This document shows, piece after piece, positions 1 to 19,526 of a stretch of 64,000 nt of DNA. The DNA is taken from NCBI GenBank assembly GCA_951406725.2, contig OX597820.1, positions 114,452,001 to 114,516,000 of the forward strand, read 5' to 3'. Under the pieces are notes generated by a model. The model was not told the origin of the DNA. It was given only the letters and a program-made list of their open reading frames with translations, and did not search any database. Within the stretch, counting starts at the first letter, position 1, and each line of letters opens with the position of its first letter. Made by a program: the position numbers and the translations under genes. This DNA comes from Octopus vulgaris (taxonomy: Eukaryota).

Positions 1-1390
1 ATACATATATATACATATACATATATATACATATACATACATACATATACATACATACATATACATACATACATATACATATATATACATACATATACAT
101 ACATACATATACATATATGTATATACATACATATACATACATACATATACATATATGTATATACATACATATACATATATGTATATACATATATATATAT
201 ATATACATACATAAACATATATATACATACATAAACATATATATACATACATAAACATATATGTATATACATACATATACATATCTGTATATACATAAAC
301 ATATATGTATATACATACATATACATATCTGTATATACATAAACATATATGTATATACATACATATACATATCTGTATATACATATACATATATGTATAT
401 ACATACATATACATATATGTATATACATACATATATGTACGTACGTACATATACTTATATGTACATACGTACATATACTTATATGTATATACATACATAT
501 ACATATATGTATGTACGTACATATACATATATGTATATACGTACATATACATATATGTATGTATGTACATATAAATATATGCATGTACGTACATATACAT
601 ATATGTATATACGTACATATACATATATGTATATACGTACATATACATATATGTATATACGTACATATACATATATGTATATACGTACATATACATATAT
701 GTATATACGTACATATATATATATGTATATACGTACATATACATATATGTATATACGTACATATACATATATGTATATACGTACATATACATATATGTAT
801 ATACATACATATACATATATGTATATACGTACATATACATATATGTATATACGTACATATACATATATGTATATACATACATATACATATATGTATATAC
901 ATATACATATATGAATATACATACATATACATATATGTATATACATATACATATATGTATATACATACATATACATATATGTATGTACATACATATACAT
1001 ATATGTATGTACATACATATACATATATGTATATACGTACATATACATATATGTATATACATACATATACATACATATACATATATGTATATACATACAT
1101 ATACATATATGTATATACATACATATACATATATATATACATAGATATACATATATATATATATACATACATATACATATATATATACATAGATATACAT
1201 ATATATATATACATAGCTATACATATATATATATACATAGCTATACATATATATATATACATACATATACATACATATATACACATACATATACATATAT
1301 ATACATACATATATATACATATATATATATACATAGCTATACATATATATATATACATACATATACATACATATATATACATACATATAC

Positions 1391-1423
<33 letters not shown>

Positions 1424-1475
1424 CATATATATACATACATATACATACATATACATACATATACATACATATACA

Positions 1476-1506
<31 letters not shown>

Positions 1507-2217
1507 ATATACATACATACATATATATATACATACATATATATATACATACATACATATATTCTAATTTTGTATACATATATATATATACATATATACA
1601 TACATATACATATATATATACATATATACATACATATACATATATATACATATACATATATATATACATATACATATATACATACATATATACATACATA
1701 TATAGATACATATATATATATACATATACATATATACATACACATATATACATACATATACATACATATACACATACATATATACATACATATATATATA
1801 TACATACATATACATACATATACATATACATATATATACATATATATACATATACATACATATATATACATATACATACATATACATATACATACATATA
1901 TATACATATACAGATATATACATATACATACATATATATACATATACAGATATATACATATACAGATATATACATATACATATATACATATATATACATA
2001 TACATATATACATATATATACATATACATACATAGACATATACATATACACATATATATACATATACATATATACATATATATACATATACATACATATA
2101 CATATATATACATATACATACATATATATACATATATATACATATACATACATATATATACATATATATACATATATATACATATATATACATATACATA
2201 CATATATATACATATAC

Positions 2218-2262
<45 letters not shown>

Positions 2263-2572
2263 TATACATATATATACATATATATACATATACATACATA
2301 TATATACATATATATACATATACATACATATATATACATATACATACATATCTATACATATACATACATATCTATACATATACATACATATCTATAAATA
2401 TACATATATATACATATATATATACATATATATACATATACATACATATACATATACATACATATATATATATACATACATATATATATACATACATATA
2501 TATATATACATACATATATATATACATACATATATATATATACATACATATACATATATATATACATACATA

Positions 2573-2612
<40 letters not shown>

Positions 2613-4287
2613 CATACATATACATATATACATACATATACATATATACATACATATACATATATACATACATATACATATATATATACATACATATACG
2701 TATATATAGATATACATACATATACATACATATATGTATATATACATATATATATACATATACATATATATACATACATATACATACATACATATACATA
2801 CATACATATACATATACATACATACATATACATATATGTATATACATACATATACATACATATACATATATGTATATACATATACATATATTAATATACA
2901 TACATATACATATACATATATTAATATACATACATATACATATATGTATATACATATACATATATGAATATACATACATATACATATATGTATATACATA
3001 TACATATATGAATATACATATACATATATGAATATACATACATATACATATATGTATATACATATACATATATGTATATACATACATATACATATATGTA
3101 TATACAAACATATACATATATGTATATATATACATATACATAAATGTATATACATACATATACATATATATATACATATACATAAATGTATATACATACA
3201 TATACATATATATATACATAGATATACATATATATATATACATATATATACATATATATATATATACATACATATACATACATATATATACATACATATA
3301 CATACATATACATACATACATATATATACATATATATACATACATATACATACATATACATACATATATATACATACATATACATACATATATACATACA
3401 TATACATACATATACATACATATACATACATATATATACATATATATATATACATACATACATATATATATACATACATACATATATATATACATACATA
3501 CACATATATATATACATACATATATATACATATATATATACATACATACACATATATATATACATACATATATATACATATATATATACATACATATATA
3601 TACATATATATATACATACATATACATACATATATATATACATGCATATACATACATATATATATACATGCATATACATACATATATATATACACATATA
3701 CATACATATATATATACACATATACATACATATATATATACACATATACATACATATATATATACACATATACATACATATATATATACACATATACATA
3801 CATATATATATATATACATATACATACATATATATATACACATATACATACATATATATATACATACATATACATACATATATATATACATGCATATACA
3901 TACATATATATATACATGCATATACATACATATATATATACACATATACATATATATATACACATATACATATTTATAGATATATATATACACATATACA
4001 TATTTATATATATATATACACATATACATATTTATATATATATACATATACATACACATATTTATATATATACATATACATACACATATTTATATATATA
4101 CATATACATACACATATTTATATATATACATATACATACACATATTTATATATATACATATACATACACATATACATATTTATATATATACATATACATA
4201 CACATATACATATTTATATATATACATATATATATACATACATATATATATACATACATATATATATACATATACATATACATATAT

Positions 4288-4332
<45 letters not shown>
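1..4332. repeat. Imperfect (TA/CA/TACA)n compound microsatellite with 20-24 bp higher-order units
   Basis: Almost pure purine/pyrimidine alternation. Local units such as acgtacatatacatatatgtatat repeat at ~540-870. Confidence 0.98.
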
Positions 4333-5622
4333 CAGCTACTAAATGGCTCAAATGTGGATGTAATATATCTTGACTTTGCAAAACCCTTTGATAAAATCGA
4401 CCATGGTATGATCTGTCACAAATTGCGTGGTCTCGGCATAGGCGGAAAAATTGGAGAGAGGCTGCACAACTTCCTAAAAGACAGAAAACAGGCAGTTGTG
4501 AGCAATGGAGCCACCTCCAGGGAAACGCAAATAACAAGCGGTGTCCCACAGGGCACTGTCTTGGGGCCACTGATGTTCATAGTGGCCCTTTCAGACATGC
4601 CTTCAGTTGCTACGATGACCACCCTTGCTAGCTATGCAGATGACACAAAAGTCTCCCACGCAATACAAAACCCTGAAAATATTGCGCATCTGCAACATGA
4701 GCTGGACACAATATACAGGTGGGCTGAGGACAACATGCAGTTTAATGCAGGTAAGTTCCAGGCCCTGCGCTACTGGCACACAAAGGTAAATGACGTGAAG
4801 ACTGGATACACTGGCCCAGGAAGAATTGCAATCCCTGAGTCAAAATCAGTGCGTGACCTGGGCATTGACATGAGCAATGATGCATCTTTCCAAATGCATA
4901 TTGCTAATCTGGTGATAAAATGCAGACGGCTAGCTGGATGGATTCTCCGAACTTTCAGAACAAGAGAGAAGGAGACACTGATGGTCCTATGGAAAACATT
5001 TGTCCTCAGCCGCTTGGACTACTGCTCCCAACTTTGGTCACCACACAATATAAAACAAACAGCAGAACTCGAAGCAACTCAGAGAAGCTACACAAAGAAA
5101 ATCGTCTCAATGCAAAATGTCAGCTACTGGAAAAGACTGAAGGTATTTAACCTCTTCTCCCTGGAGCGGAGGCGGGAGAGATATGCAGTGATATACATCT
5201 GGAAAATTCTGGAGGGTCTTGTCCCAAACTTTGGCATTCAAAGTTACTCCAATCGCAGAACGGGGCGCCGCTGCGTGGTGCCAAGGATTCCAACATCACC
5301 ATCAAAATACAGGTCCAGATACTGCAACAGCTTGGGTTTCAGAGGCCCACAGCTCCTTAACATCCTCCCTAAATGCCTGAGAGACTTACATGGTGTGGAT
5401 GTGGGTTTCTTTAAAACTAAACTGGATCTCTTCTTGTTGGGAGTCCCAGATGAACCTACCTCACGACAGGAGACACGGATGCGGGCAGCAGCATCGAACT
5501 CCCTTGTTGATCAAGTGCCACGTATCAGAGATGGATTCACAAACTAGTGTAGCTCATTCAGCGGTGGTGCCCCAGCATGGCCGCGGCCTTCGGGCTAAAA
5601 CATTTTTAAGGATTTAAGGATT
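4333..5622 (+). mobile_element. 5'-truncated CR1/L2-group LINE (family A): RT C-terminal part and 3' UTR
   Basis: Open frame to the stop at 5547 with [26 protein letters not shown] and LERRRERY motifs. The 3' UTR ends in taaggatt repeats. Confidence 0.95.
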
Positions 5623-6017
5623 TATACATATACATATATATATACATATATATACACATATACATATATACACATATACATATATACACATATACATATA
5701 TACACATATACATATATATATACATATACATATATACATACATATACATATACACATACATATACATATATATATACATATATATATACATATATATATA
5801 CATATACATATATATATACATATATATACACATATATACACATATATATACATATATATATACATATACATATATATATACATATATATACACATACATA
5901 TACATATATATACATATATATATACATATACATATACATATACATATATATATACATATATATACATACACATATACATATATATACACATATACATACA
6001 CATATACATATATATAC

Positions 6018-6048
<31 letters not shown>

Positions 6049-6517
6049 TATATATACACATACATATATATACACATATACATATATATACACATACATA
6101 TATATACACATACATATATATACACATACATATATATACACATACATATATATATACATACATATATATATACACATACACATATATATATACACACACA
6201 TATATATATATACACACACACACATATATATACATATACATATATATATATATGCATATACATATACATATATATATATGCATATACATATATATATATG
6301 CATATACATATATATATATACATATACATATATATATATACATATACATATATATATATACATATATACATATACATATATATATATACATATATACATA
6401 TACATATATATATATACATATACACATATACATATATACATATATATATATACATATACATATATACATATACATATATACATATATACATATACATATA
6501 TACATATACATATATAC

Positions 6518-6562
<45 letters not shown>

Positions 6563-6709
6563 CATATATATATACATATACATATATATACATATATATA
6601 TATACATATACATATATATACATATATACATACATATATATATATACATATACATACATATATATATATACATATACATATATATATATATACATATATA
6701 TATATACAC

Positions 6710-6740
<31 letters not shown>

Positions 6741-6943
6741 CACATATATATATACACATATATATATATACATATATATATACATATATATATACATATA
6801 TATATACATATATATATACATATACATATATATATACATATATATATACATATACATATATACATATACATATATATACATATATATAAACATATATATA
6901 TATACATATACATATATATACATACATACATATATATATATAC

Positions 6944-6982
<39 letters not shown>

Positions 6983-7021
6983 CATATATATATATACATA
7001 CATATATATATACATACATAC

Positions 7022-7068
<47 letters not shown>

Positions 7069-7072
7069 CATA

Positions 7073-7112
<40 letters not shown>

Positions 7113-7129
7113 CATACATATATATATAC

Positions 7130-7182
<53 letters not shown>

Positions 7183-7227
7183 CATATATATATACATACA
7201 TATACATACATACATATATATACACAC

Positions 7228-7260
<33 letters not shown>

Positions 7261-7367
7261 CGTACATATACATACATATACATATACATATATATACATA
7301 CATATACATACATATATATACATACATATACATATACATACATATACATACATATATATACATACAA

Positions 7368-7401
<34 letters not shown>

Positions 7402-7464
7402 AAATACATATACATACATATATATATATACATACATATACATATATACATACATATATATACA

Positions 7465-7502
<38 letters not shown>

Positions 7503-7527
7503 CATATATATATACATACATATATAC

Positions 7528-7582
<55 letters not shown>

Positions 7583-7593
7583 CATACATACAT

Positions 7594-7624
<31 letters not shown>

Positions 7625-7674
7625 CATACATATATATACGTACATATATATACATACATATATATACATACATG

Positions 7675-7706
<32 letters not shown>

Positions 7707-8879
7707 CATATATACATACATACATATATACATACATATATACATACATATATACATACATATACATATATATATATACATACATATATATATATATACA
7801 AACATATATATATATACAAACATATACATTCATATATATATATACATACATATATACATACATATATACACACATATACATATACACATACATACATATA
7901 TATATTTATACACATACATATACATACATATATATATTTATACACACACATATATATATATATGCATACATATATATATTTATACACACACATATATATA
8001 TATGCATACATATATATATACATACATACATATATATATATATACATACATATATATATATACATACATATATATATATACATACATATATATATACATA
8101 CATATATATATACATACATATATATATACATACATATATATATACATACATATATATATACATACATATATATATACATATATATATACATACATATACA
8201 TATACATACATATACATACATATATATATATATATATACATATATACATACACATATATATATATACATACACATATATACACATATATACATACACATA
8301 CATAGATACATATATACAAATACATACATATATATATATACATACATATGTATACATACATATACATATGTATACATACATATACATATGTATACATACA
8401 TACACATATGTATACATACATACACATATGTATACATACATATACATATGTATACATACATATACATATGTATACATACATATACATGTGTATACATACA
8501 TATACATGTGTATACATACATATACATGTGTATACATACATATACATGTGTATACATACATATACATGTGTATACATACATATACATGTGTATACATACA
8601 TATACATATACATGTGTATACATACATATACATATATATATACATATACATATGTATACATACATATACATATATATATACATATACACATGTATATATA
8701 CATATACATATATATATACATATACACATGTATATATACATATACACATGTTTATATACATATACACATGTTTATATACATATATACATGTATATATACA
8801 TATACACATGTATATATACATATACACATGTTTATATACATATACACATGTTTATATACATATACACATGTTTATATAC

Positions 8880-8910
<31 letters not shown>

Positions 8911-8969
8911 TATATATGCATATATATATATATATATACATATATAAAAATATATATACATATATATAC

Positions 8970-9000
<31 letters not shown>

Positions 9001-9165
9001 CATATATAAAAATATATATACATATATATACATATATAAAAATATATATACATATATATATATACACACATATATATACATACACATATATACATACACA
9101 TATATATACATATATATACATATATAAAAATATATATACACATATATATATATACATATATATAT
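5623..9165. repeat. Compound TA/CA microsatellite
   Basis: Alternating tract. 20-bp unit tatacatgtgtatacataca at ~8350-8600. Confidence 0.98.
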
Positions 9166-12100
9166 GATAGAGCGAAAGAAACGGCAACACATGGACACTC
9201 TGGACATCATCCTAGGAGGTGACTACACCAGGGAAGACCAAAAGGATGGAGAAGGCATCCAGGACCCAACAAAAGACACAACTGAGAAACCTGCAACCAA
9301 GGGAAACAATGGCACATGACCAGCTCCCAACACAACTGAAGACCAAAGAGGTGCAATGGCCGCAAAAAAGGAAAGCACCCTAAAATCAACAGAAAACTAA
9401 AGAGGTAAAAGACAAGAAAACTAAAACAAACACTGTTCAGAAAAAAACAGAAGAACCCCAGCAAGAGCTACAAGGGCAAAAGCAGAAACATCTGCAAATT
9501 CTACCAGAAGGGAGAATGCTGGCATGGCGCCGATGTTGCAAACTGTCGTTTTGCACATCAGAAGACCTGCCAAAACAGTATAGACACAAGACAAAAATCC
9601 CTCCCTTAGGGAGACCAAAAAGACAAAGAAAAATATAAAAGAAGGAAAAATGGTGCACTGACCACTCCAGAAAGACGATATACGCAGTCCAAAAAAGATA
9701 CTGCATAGCCCAACAAATGGCCAGCTTCGCCCAGATGTGAGAAGGGCAGCAGCTGAACAGCAATCTTTTTTGTGCATGGCACAAAAAATTGTTCAGCAGC
9801 TGACCTGGCTGCAGACACAAAGCTGCAACTACCACCACATAAGGCCACCATTAACAGATGCAGGATGGCCACCACAGACACCAATACACACACCACAAAA
9901 ATATTTCTACTGAACGTAGGAGGGCTGCTGCGCGGAAACTGTAAAAGGAAAACCTCATTCCTGAGAGACCTTGTGACATACAATCAAGCTATATGCATGG
10001 CACTCATAGAAACGCATTTGGACCCGATATACGTGATGCAGAAATACACATACCGCAATATGCTGTCATACGCTCAGATAGAAAAGGGAGGAGCCATGGT
10101 GGAGTTGCAATGTACATCCGAGATGACCTCACGCCCCAGGTCCTGTTGTCATATTCAAACTCAGTGTGTGACGCGCAAATTGTACACATAAGACAACTGA
10201 ATATCATCATATGTACTACATACCGCCCACCGGATGCCCCAAATCACTCAGGCATGTTTGAAGACTGCCTAACAAAAATAGGAGAAGTCCTCACCAACCT
10301 GGAACAACACAACAGTGTATTCTTCATGGGTGACTTTAACTTCCCCAATGTGGAATGGCCTGGGAAGCAGATGCTCTCAGGGATGACACACCATCAGCAG
10401 GCACAGGCAGAGTCCCTGCTCCATCTCACAAATGCCTCTTTCATGGAGCAAATAGTTCTGCAACCAACAAGGGCAGATAATATACTAGATCTCTGATTCA
10501 CAAACAATATGGACATTATCCATAATGTTAAAGTGATGCCGACAATGATCTCAGATCACAACATAATAGAGCTGTCTACGTATGGAACAAAAGCCCCCGT
10601 CGAGACACAGCCTATATGAAGCATCCACAATCTATCCAAATTAAACTTTCATAAAGCAAATTGGAAGTTGATTGAGAAAGAGATCCTCAAACAGGATTGG
10701 CCTAAATGTCTCTCCACACCGGACATTGACATGAAACACAAATGCTTCATGTCCATAATACAAGCCATATGTGACAAATATGTCCCAGTGTGCAGGGCCA
10801 AAAACAGGATCCTTAAAGAAAGGAAGATTCTTATGAGACGATGGACAAGGATTGCGAACCGCCTGAGCAAGCACACCAAAAGTGGTGAGAAGTCTCGGCT
10901 CGAGAGAATGCTAATGGAAATTGAGAAAAGTCTACATCAGTCTCATGAAAAGGAGAGAGCAAATACAGAAGCTTGGGTAATAGAAAATATCAAGTCAAAC
11001 CCTAAAGCTTTCTTTAAGTTTGCCAAAGAGACAGTCACAGTGTGCCAGAGAATAGGACCTCTCTTCCAAAAAGATGGCTCCCTCACAGGAAATCCCACGA
11101 GGATAATTGAAATACTGAACGAACAATTCCAAAGTATGTTTACTACACCTCTAGGACACAGGCAAGTAAACATCCCAGAAGAATTCTTTGCCATTTTACC
11201 TGTGGGCAAAGAGGCAAAAATTGAGTACATCAACATTGAAGATGATGATATCACACTCGTCATAGATGAGATTGACACAAACTCAGCTGCTGGACCTGAC
11301 GGATTTCCAGCGATCCTTCTCAAATCGTGCAAACGAGCCCTTGCAAAACCGCTGTGGCTTCTTTTTCAGAGCTTTCTTTCAAGTGGTAAGCTCCCAGTCA
11401 AATTGAAAGAGGGGGTAAAATGCCCTATCCATAAGGGAGGAAGCAGAGCAGATGCTAAAAATTATAGGCCTATCTCTCTGACCTCACACATCAGCAAAGT
11501 CATGGAACAAATAGTCCGCAAGAAACTAATTATGTTCCCTGAAGAAAATGACTTGCTGACTGACACCCAGCATGGATTTCGACCAGGTAGAAGCTGCCTA
11601 ACACAGCTCCTGCAACACTATGACTGGGTGTTAAAACAGCTACTAAATAGCTCAAATGTGGACGTAATATATCTCGACTTTGCAAAAGCCTTTGTCACAA
11701 ACTGCATGGTCTCAGCATAGGCGGAAAAATTGGAGAGTGGCTGCACAACTTCCTAAAAGATAGAAGGCAGGTGGCTGTGACCAATGGAGCCACCTCCAAG
11801 GAAACACAAATAACAAGCGGTGTTCCACAGGGCACTGTCTTGGGGCCACTGATGTTCATAGTGGCCCTTTCAGACATGCCCTCAGTTACTAAGATGGCCA
11901 CCCTCGCTAGCTTTGCAGATGACACAAAAGTCTCCCACACAATACAAAACCCGGAAAATATTCCACATCTGCAACAGGAGTTGGATACAATATACAGGTG
12001 GGCTGAGGACAACAACATGCAGTTTAATGCAGGTAAGTTCCAGGCCCTGAACTACCGGCACACAAAGGTAAACGACATGCAGACTGGATACACTGGCCCG

Positions 12101-12890
12101 GGAAGAATTGCAATCCCTGAGTCAAAATCAGTGCGTGACCTGGGCATTAACATGAGCAATGATGCATCTTTCCAAGTGCATATTACTAATCTGGTGATAA
12201 AATGCAGACAGCTAGCTAGAGGGATTCTCTGAACTTTCAGAACAAGAGAGAAGGAGACACTGATGCTCCTCTGGAAAACTTTCGTCCTCAGCCGCTTGGA
12301 CTACTGCTCCCAACTATGGTCACGACACAATATAAAGCTAACAGCATAACCTGAAGCAATTCAAAGAAGCTACACGAAGAAGTTCGTCTAAATGCAAAAT
12401 ATCAGCTACTGGGAAAGACAGAAAGTATTAAACCTCTTCTCCCTAGAGCGAGGGCGGGAGAGATATGCGGTGATATACATCTAGAAAATCCTGGAGGGTC
12501 TTGTCCCAAACTTTGGCATTCAAAGTTACCCCAACCGCAGAACGGGGCGCCACTGCATGGTGCCAAAGATTCCAACGTCACCATCAAAATACAGGACCAG
12601 ATACTGCAACAGCTTGGGTTTCAGAGGACCACAGCTCTTTAACATCCTCCCTAAATGCCCGAGAGACTTGCATGGTGTGAATGTGGGTTTCTTTAAAACT
12701 AAACTGGATCTCTTCTTGTTGGAGGTCCCAGATGAACCTACCTCACGACAGGAGACACAGATGCGTGCAGCGGCATTGAACTCCCTTGTTGACCAAGTGC
12801 CAGAGGTGGATTCACATATTAGTGTAGCTCATTCAGCGGTGGTGCCCCAGCATGAACGCAGCCTTCGGGCTAAAACATTTTAAAGGATTT
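9166..12890 (+). mobile_element. Near-full-length degenerate CR1/L2-group LINE (family A): ORF1 remnant, APE endonuclease, reverse transcriptase
   Basis: APE motifs LLNVGGL..IETHL, GGVAMY, YRPP, GDFN, PTRADNILDL and SDH. RT motifs AGPDG, NYRPISLTS, QHGFRPGRSC, YLDFAKAF, GVPQG and FADD. Several frameshifts and stops. Same 3' end as 4333-5622. Confidence 0.95.
9493..9558 (+). pseudogene. CCCH-type zinc finger remnant of LINE ORF1
   Basis: Manual translation gives CKFYQKGECWHGADVANCRFAH (C-x7-C-x8-C-x3-H), upstream of the APE domain. Confidence 0.7.
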
Positions 12891-12896
12891 ATATAT

Positions 12897-13302
12897 ACTC
12901 TTTACTCTCTCTTTTACTTGTTTCAGTCATTTGACAGCGGTCATGCTGGAGCAGCTTCTTTTAGTCGAGCAACTCGACCCCGGGACTTATTTTTGTAAGC
13001 CCAGTACTCATTCTATCGGTCTCTTTTTGCCTAACCGCTAAGTGACGGGGACATAAACACAACAGCATCGGTTGTCAAGTAATGCTAGGGTGACAAACAC
13101 AGACACACAAACACACACATATACATATATAAATATATATACATATATACGACGGGCTTCTTTCAGTTTCCGTCTACCAAATCCACTCACAAGGCTTTGG
13201 TCGGCCTGAGGCTACAGCAGAAGACACTCGCCCAAGGAGCCACAAAGTGGAACTGAACCTGAAACCATGTGGTGGGTTAGCAAGCTACTTACCACATAGC
13301 CA
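12897..13302 (-). mobile_element. tRNA-derived SINE (family 1)
   Basis: Minus strand starts tggctatgtggtaagtagc..ggttcagttcc (A/B boxes), has an internal TG/TA tract and ends tgaaacaagtaaaagag. Homologous to 46897-47312 and 59341-59650. Confidence 0.9.
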
Positions 13303-13678
13303 CATATATATACATATATATATATATACACATGTACATATATATACATATGTATACACATGTACATATATATACATATGTATACACATATACATATATA
13401 TACACATATACATATATATATGTATACACATATACATATATATATATGTATACATATATATATATGTATACATATATATACACACATATACATATATATA
13501 CACATATATATACACACATATACACATATATATACACACATATACACATATATATACACACATATACATATATATACACACATATACACATATATATACA
13601 CACATATACATATATATACACACATATACATATATATACACATATATACACATATATACATCATCATCATCATCATTT
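13303..13678. repeat. TA/CA microsatellite ending in (CAT)n
   Basis: Alternating tract. The terminal catcatcatttaa resembles a reversed RTE tail. Confidence 0.9.
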
Positions 13679-13689
13679 AATATATCAAA

Positions 13690-14550
13690 AAGAAAAGTTT
13701 CAAGCTTTATGCTATCAGCATGCAAAACTAAATACCCAATAAATACACTGGACCTGGAGGGACTGCGATCCCAGAGGCACAATCAGTAGAAGACCTGGGT
13801 ATTTACATGAGTGATGACGCAACCTTTCATGTGCATGTTGCTGAATTGGCAGTGAAATGTAGGCGGCTGACAGGATGGATTCTAAGAACCTTTAGAACAA
13901 GAGACCAGGAAACCATGATGGTCCTCTGGAGGACACTTGTCCTAAGCAACTTTGACTATTGCTCTCAGCTATGGTCACCATCCAGTGTCAAGTTAATCAC
14001 AGAACTTGAGGTGATCCTACGAAGCTACACGAAGAAGATAGCCTCTGTGCAGCATATAAGCTATTGGGAAAGACTCAAGAGATTGAAACTATTCCTTGGA
14101 GCGTAGGCAAGAAAGATATGCCATAATATACATCTGGAAGATCCTAAAAGGACTTGTCCCAAACTTTGGCATCGAGAGTTACACAAATGCCAGAACTGTG
14201 CGCCACTGCATAGTGCCAAGGACTCCAAATTTGCCATCAACAGGTAGGACAAGATACTGTGATAGCCTGGGCTTCCGAGGCCCACAGCTCTTCAATATCC
14301 TCCGGACGAACCTAAGAGACCTGCATGGGGTGGATGCAGATGTCTTTAAAATGAAACTAGATCTCTTCATGTCAGGTATCCAAGACGAACCAACTTCACA
14401 GCAGGAGATGAAGATGAGGGTAGCTGCATCGAAATCTCTCATGCACCAAATGGCAATTGCTAAAATGCATTCGTGAAGTAAAATCATGTAGAAAAACCAA
14501 ATGGCGGTGCCCCAGCATGGCCACAGCTTGTGAGCTGAGACTAGATAAAA
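13690..14550 (+). mobile_element. CR1/L2-group LINE 3' fragment (family B)
   Basis: [36 protein letters not shown], then the 3' tail ggtgccccagcatggccacagc. Confidence 0.92.
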
Positions 14551-14552
14551 AA

Positions 14553-16161
<1,609 letters not shown>

Positions 16162-16533
16162 CTAGCAGTATCGCCCGGCGTTACTCAGGTTTGTAAGGAA
16201 ATAACTATGAAGCATTTTTAGAGAGTTATAGCCAAAAAATAGCAAAAAAATGGAAAAAAATGATGGTAAATATTTTTTTTAGTTAAAAAAGGTGGAGTTG
16301 CGTCCCTAGACAGTTTGCGGTTTGTGTTTCTGATTCTCGACCACATGTCGAATTTATCGATTTTTTTTCAGAACTGGGGGAACTTTTCAAAATTTTCGCT
16401 GCGTTAGTTTTGAATTATGACATTGGGCTGTGTGTGTGTCAAGTTTCATCAGAATCGGTTGAAAGCCGTGGTCAGAGTGAGGGTACAAGCAAACAGACAC
16501 ACAGAAAACGCACAGACAAACTGCCGTTTATAT

Positions 16534-16536
<3 letters not shown>
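16162..16536 (-). mobile_element. Non-autonomous Helitron (variant 5' half)
   Basis: On the minus strand: 5' TC, 3' subterminal GC hairpin and CTAG, inserted between A and T. The 3' end is shared with the other copies in the window. Confidence 0.8.
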
Positions 16537-16576
<40 letters not shown>

Positions 16577-16823
16577 CATACATATACATATATACATATA
16601 CATATATACATATATACATATACATATATACATATACATATATACATATACATATATATACACATATATATATACATATACATATATATATACACATATA
16701 TATATACATATATATATATACACATATATATATACATATATATATATACACATATATATATATACACACATATATATATACATATATATATATACACATA
16801 TATATATACACATATATATATAC

Positions 16824-16854
<31 letters not shown>

Positions 16855-16856
16855 CA

Positions 16857-16896
<40 letters not shown>

Positions 16897-16914
16897 CATA
16901 TATATATATATACA

Positions 16915-16952
<38 letters not shown>

Positions 16953-16953
16953 C

Positions 16954-17008
<55 letters not shown>

Positions 17009-17203
17009 TACATATATATATATACATATATATATATACATATATATATACATATATATATACATATATATATACATATATATACATATATATACATATA
17101 TATATACATATATATACATATATATACATATATATATACATATATATACATATATATATATACATATATATATATACATATATATATATACATATATATA
17201 TAC

Positions 17204-17250
<47 letters not shown>

Positions 17251-17353
17251 CATATATATATATACATATATATATATATACATATATATATATACATATA
17301 TATACATATACATATATATATATATATACATACATATATACATACATATATAC

Positions 17354-17384
<31 letters not shown>

Positions 17385-17402
17385 CATACATATATATATA
17401 CA

Positions 17403-17436
<34 letters not shown>

Positions 17437-17532
17437 CATACATATATACATACATATATATATACATACATATATACATACATATATACATACATATATA
17501 CATACATATATACATACATATATATATACATA

Positions 17533-17564
<32 letters not shown>

Positions 17565-17602
17565 CATACATATATACATACATATATACATACATACATA
17601 CA

Positions 17603-17636
<34 letters not shown>

Positions 17637-17645
17637 CATACATAT

Positions 17646-17676
<31 letters not shown>

Positions 17677-18826
17677 CATATATATATACATACATATATA
17701 CATACATATATATATACATACATATATACATACATATATATATACATATATATATACATACATATATACATACATATATACATACATATATACATACATA
17801 TATATACATATATATATACACATATATTGACACATATATATATACACATATTGACACATATATATATACATATATATATATACACATATATTGATACATA
17901 TATATATATACATACACATATATTGATACATATATATATACATACACATATATTGATACATATATATATACATATATATACACATATATTGATACATATA
18001 TATATACATATATATACACATATATTGACATATATATACATATATATATACATATACATATATATATATACATATACATATATACATATATATATACATA
18101 TACATATACAAATATATACATATATATACATACATATATATATATACATATACATACATATATATATATACATACATATATATATATATACATACATATA
18201 TATATACATATACATATATATATATACATACATATATATATACATATACATATATATATATACATACATATATATATACATATACATATACAAATATATA
18301 TATACATATACATACATATATATATATACATATACATACATATATATATATACATATACATACATATATATATATACATATACATACATATATATATATA
18401 CATATACATATACAAATATATATATACATATACAAATATATATATACATATACATATATACATATACATACATATATATATATACATATATACACATACA
18501 TATATACACATATATACACATACATATATATACATATATACACATACATATATACACATACATATATATACATATATACACATACATATATACATACATA
18601 TATACACATACATATATATACATATATACATATATACACATACATATATATACATATATACACATACATATATATACGTATATATATATACATATATATA
18701 TACACATATATATATACACATATATATATACACATATATATATATATACATATATATATACACATATATATATATATACATATATATATACACATATATA
18801 TATACATACATATATATATACATACA

Positions 18827-18866
<40 letters not shown>

Positions 18867-19032
18867 CATACATATATATATACATACATATATATATACA
18901 TACATATATATATACATACATATATATATACATACATATATATATACATACATATATATATACATACATATATATATACATACATATATATATACATACA
19001 TATATATATACATACATATATATATACATACA

Positions 19033-19068
<36 letters not shown>

Positions 19069-19089
19069 CATACATATATATATATATAC

Positions 19090-19184
<95 letters not shown>

Positions 19185-19185
19185 C

Positions 19186-19234
<49 letters not shown>

Positions 19235-19251
19235 TATATACATATATATAC

Positions 19252-19283
<32 letters not shown>

Positions 19284-19526
19284 ATATATATATACATATA
19301 TATACATATATATACATATATATACATATATATACATATATATACATATATATACATATATATATATACATATACATATATATACATATATATATATACA
19401 TATACATATATATACATATACATATATATACATATACATATATATACATATACATATATATACATATACATATATATACATATACATATATATACATATA
19501 CATATATATACATATACATACATATA
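16537..19526. repeat. TA/CA microsatellite between two Helitron 5' ends
   Basis: 3-kb alternating tract. Confidence 0.98.

Noticed and set aside
3028-5547. Apparent 839-aa fusion of a repeat peptide and an RT
   Set aside because: This is a truncated LINE abutting a stop-free microsatellite, not a real fusion gene.
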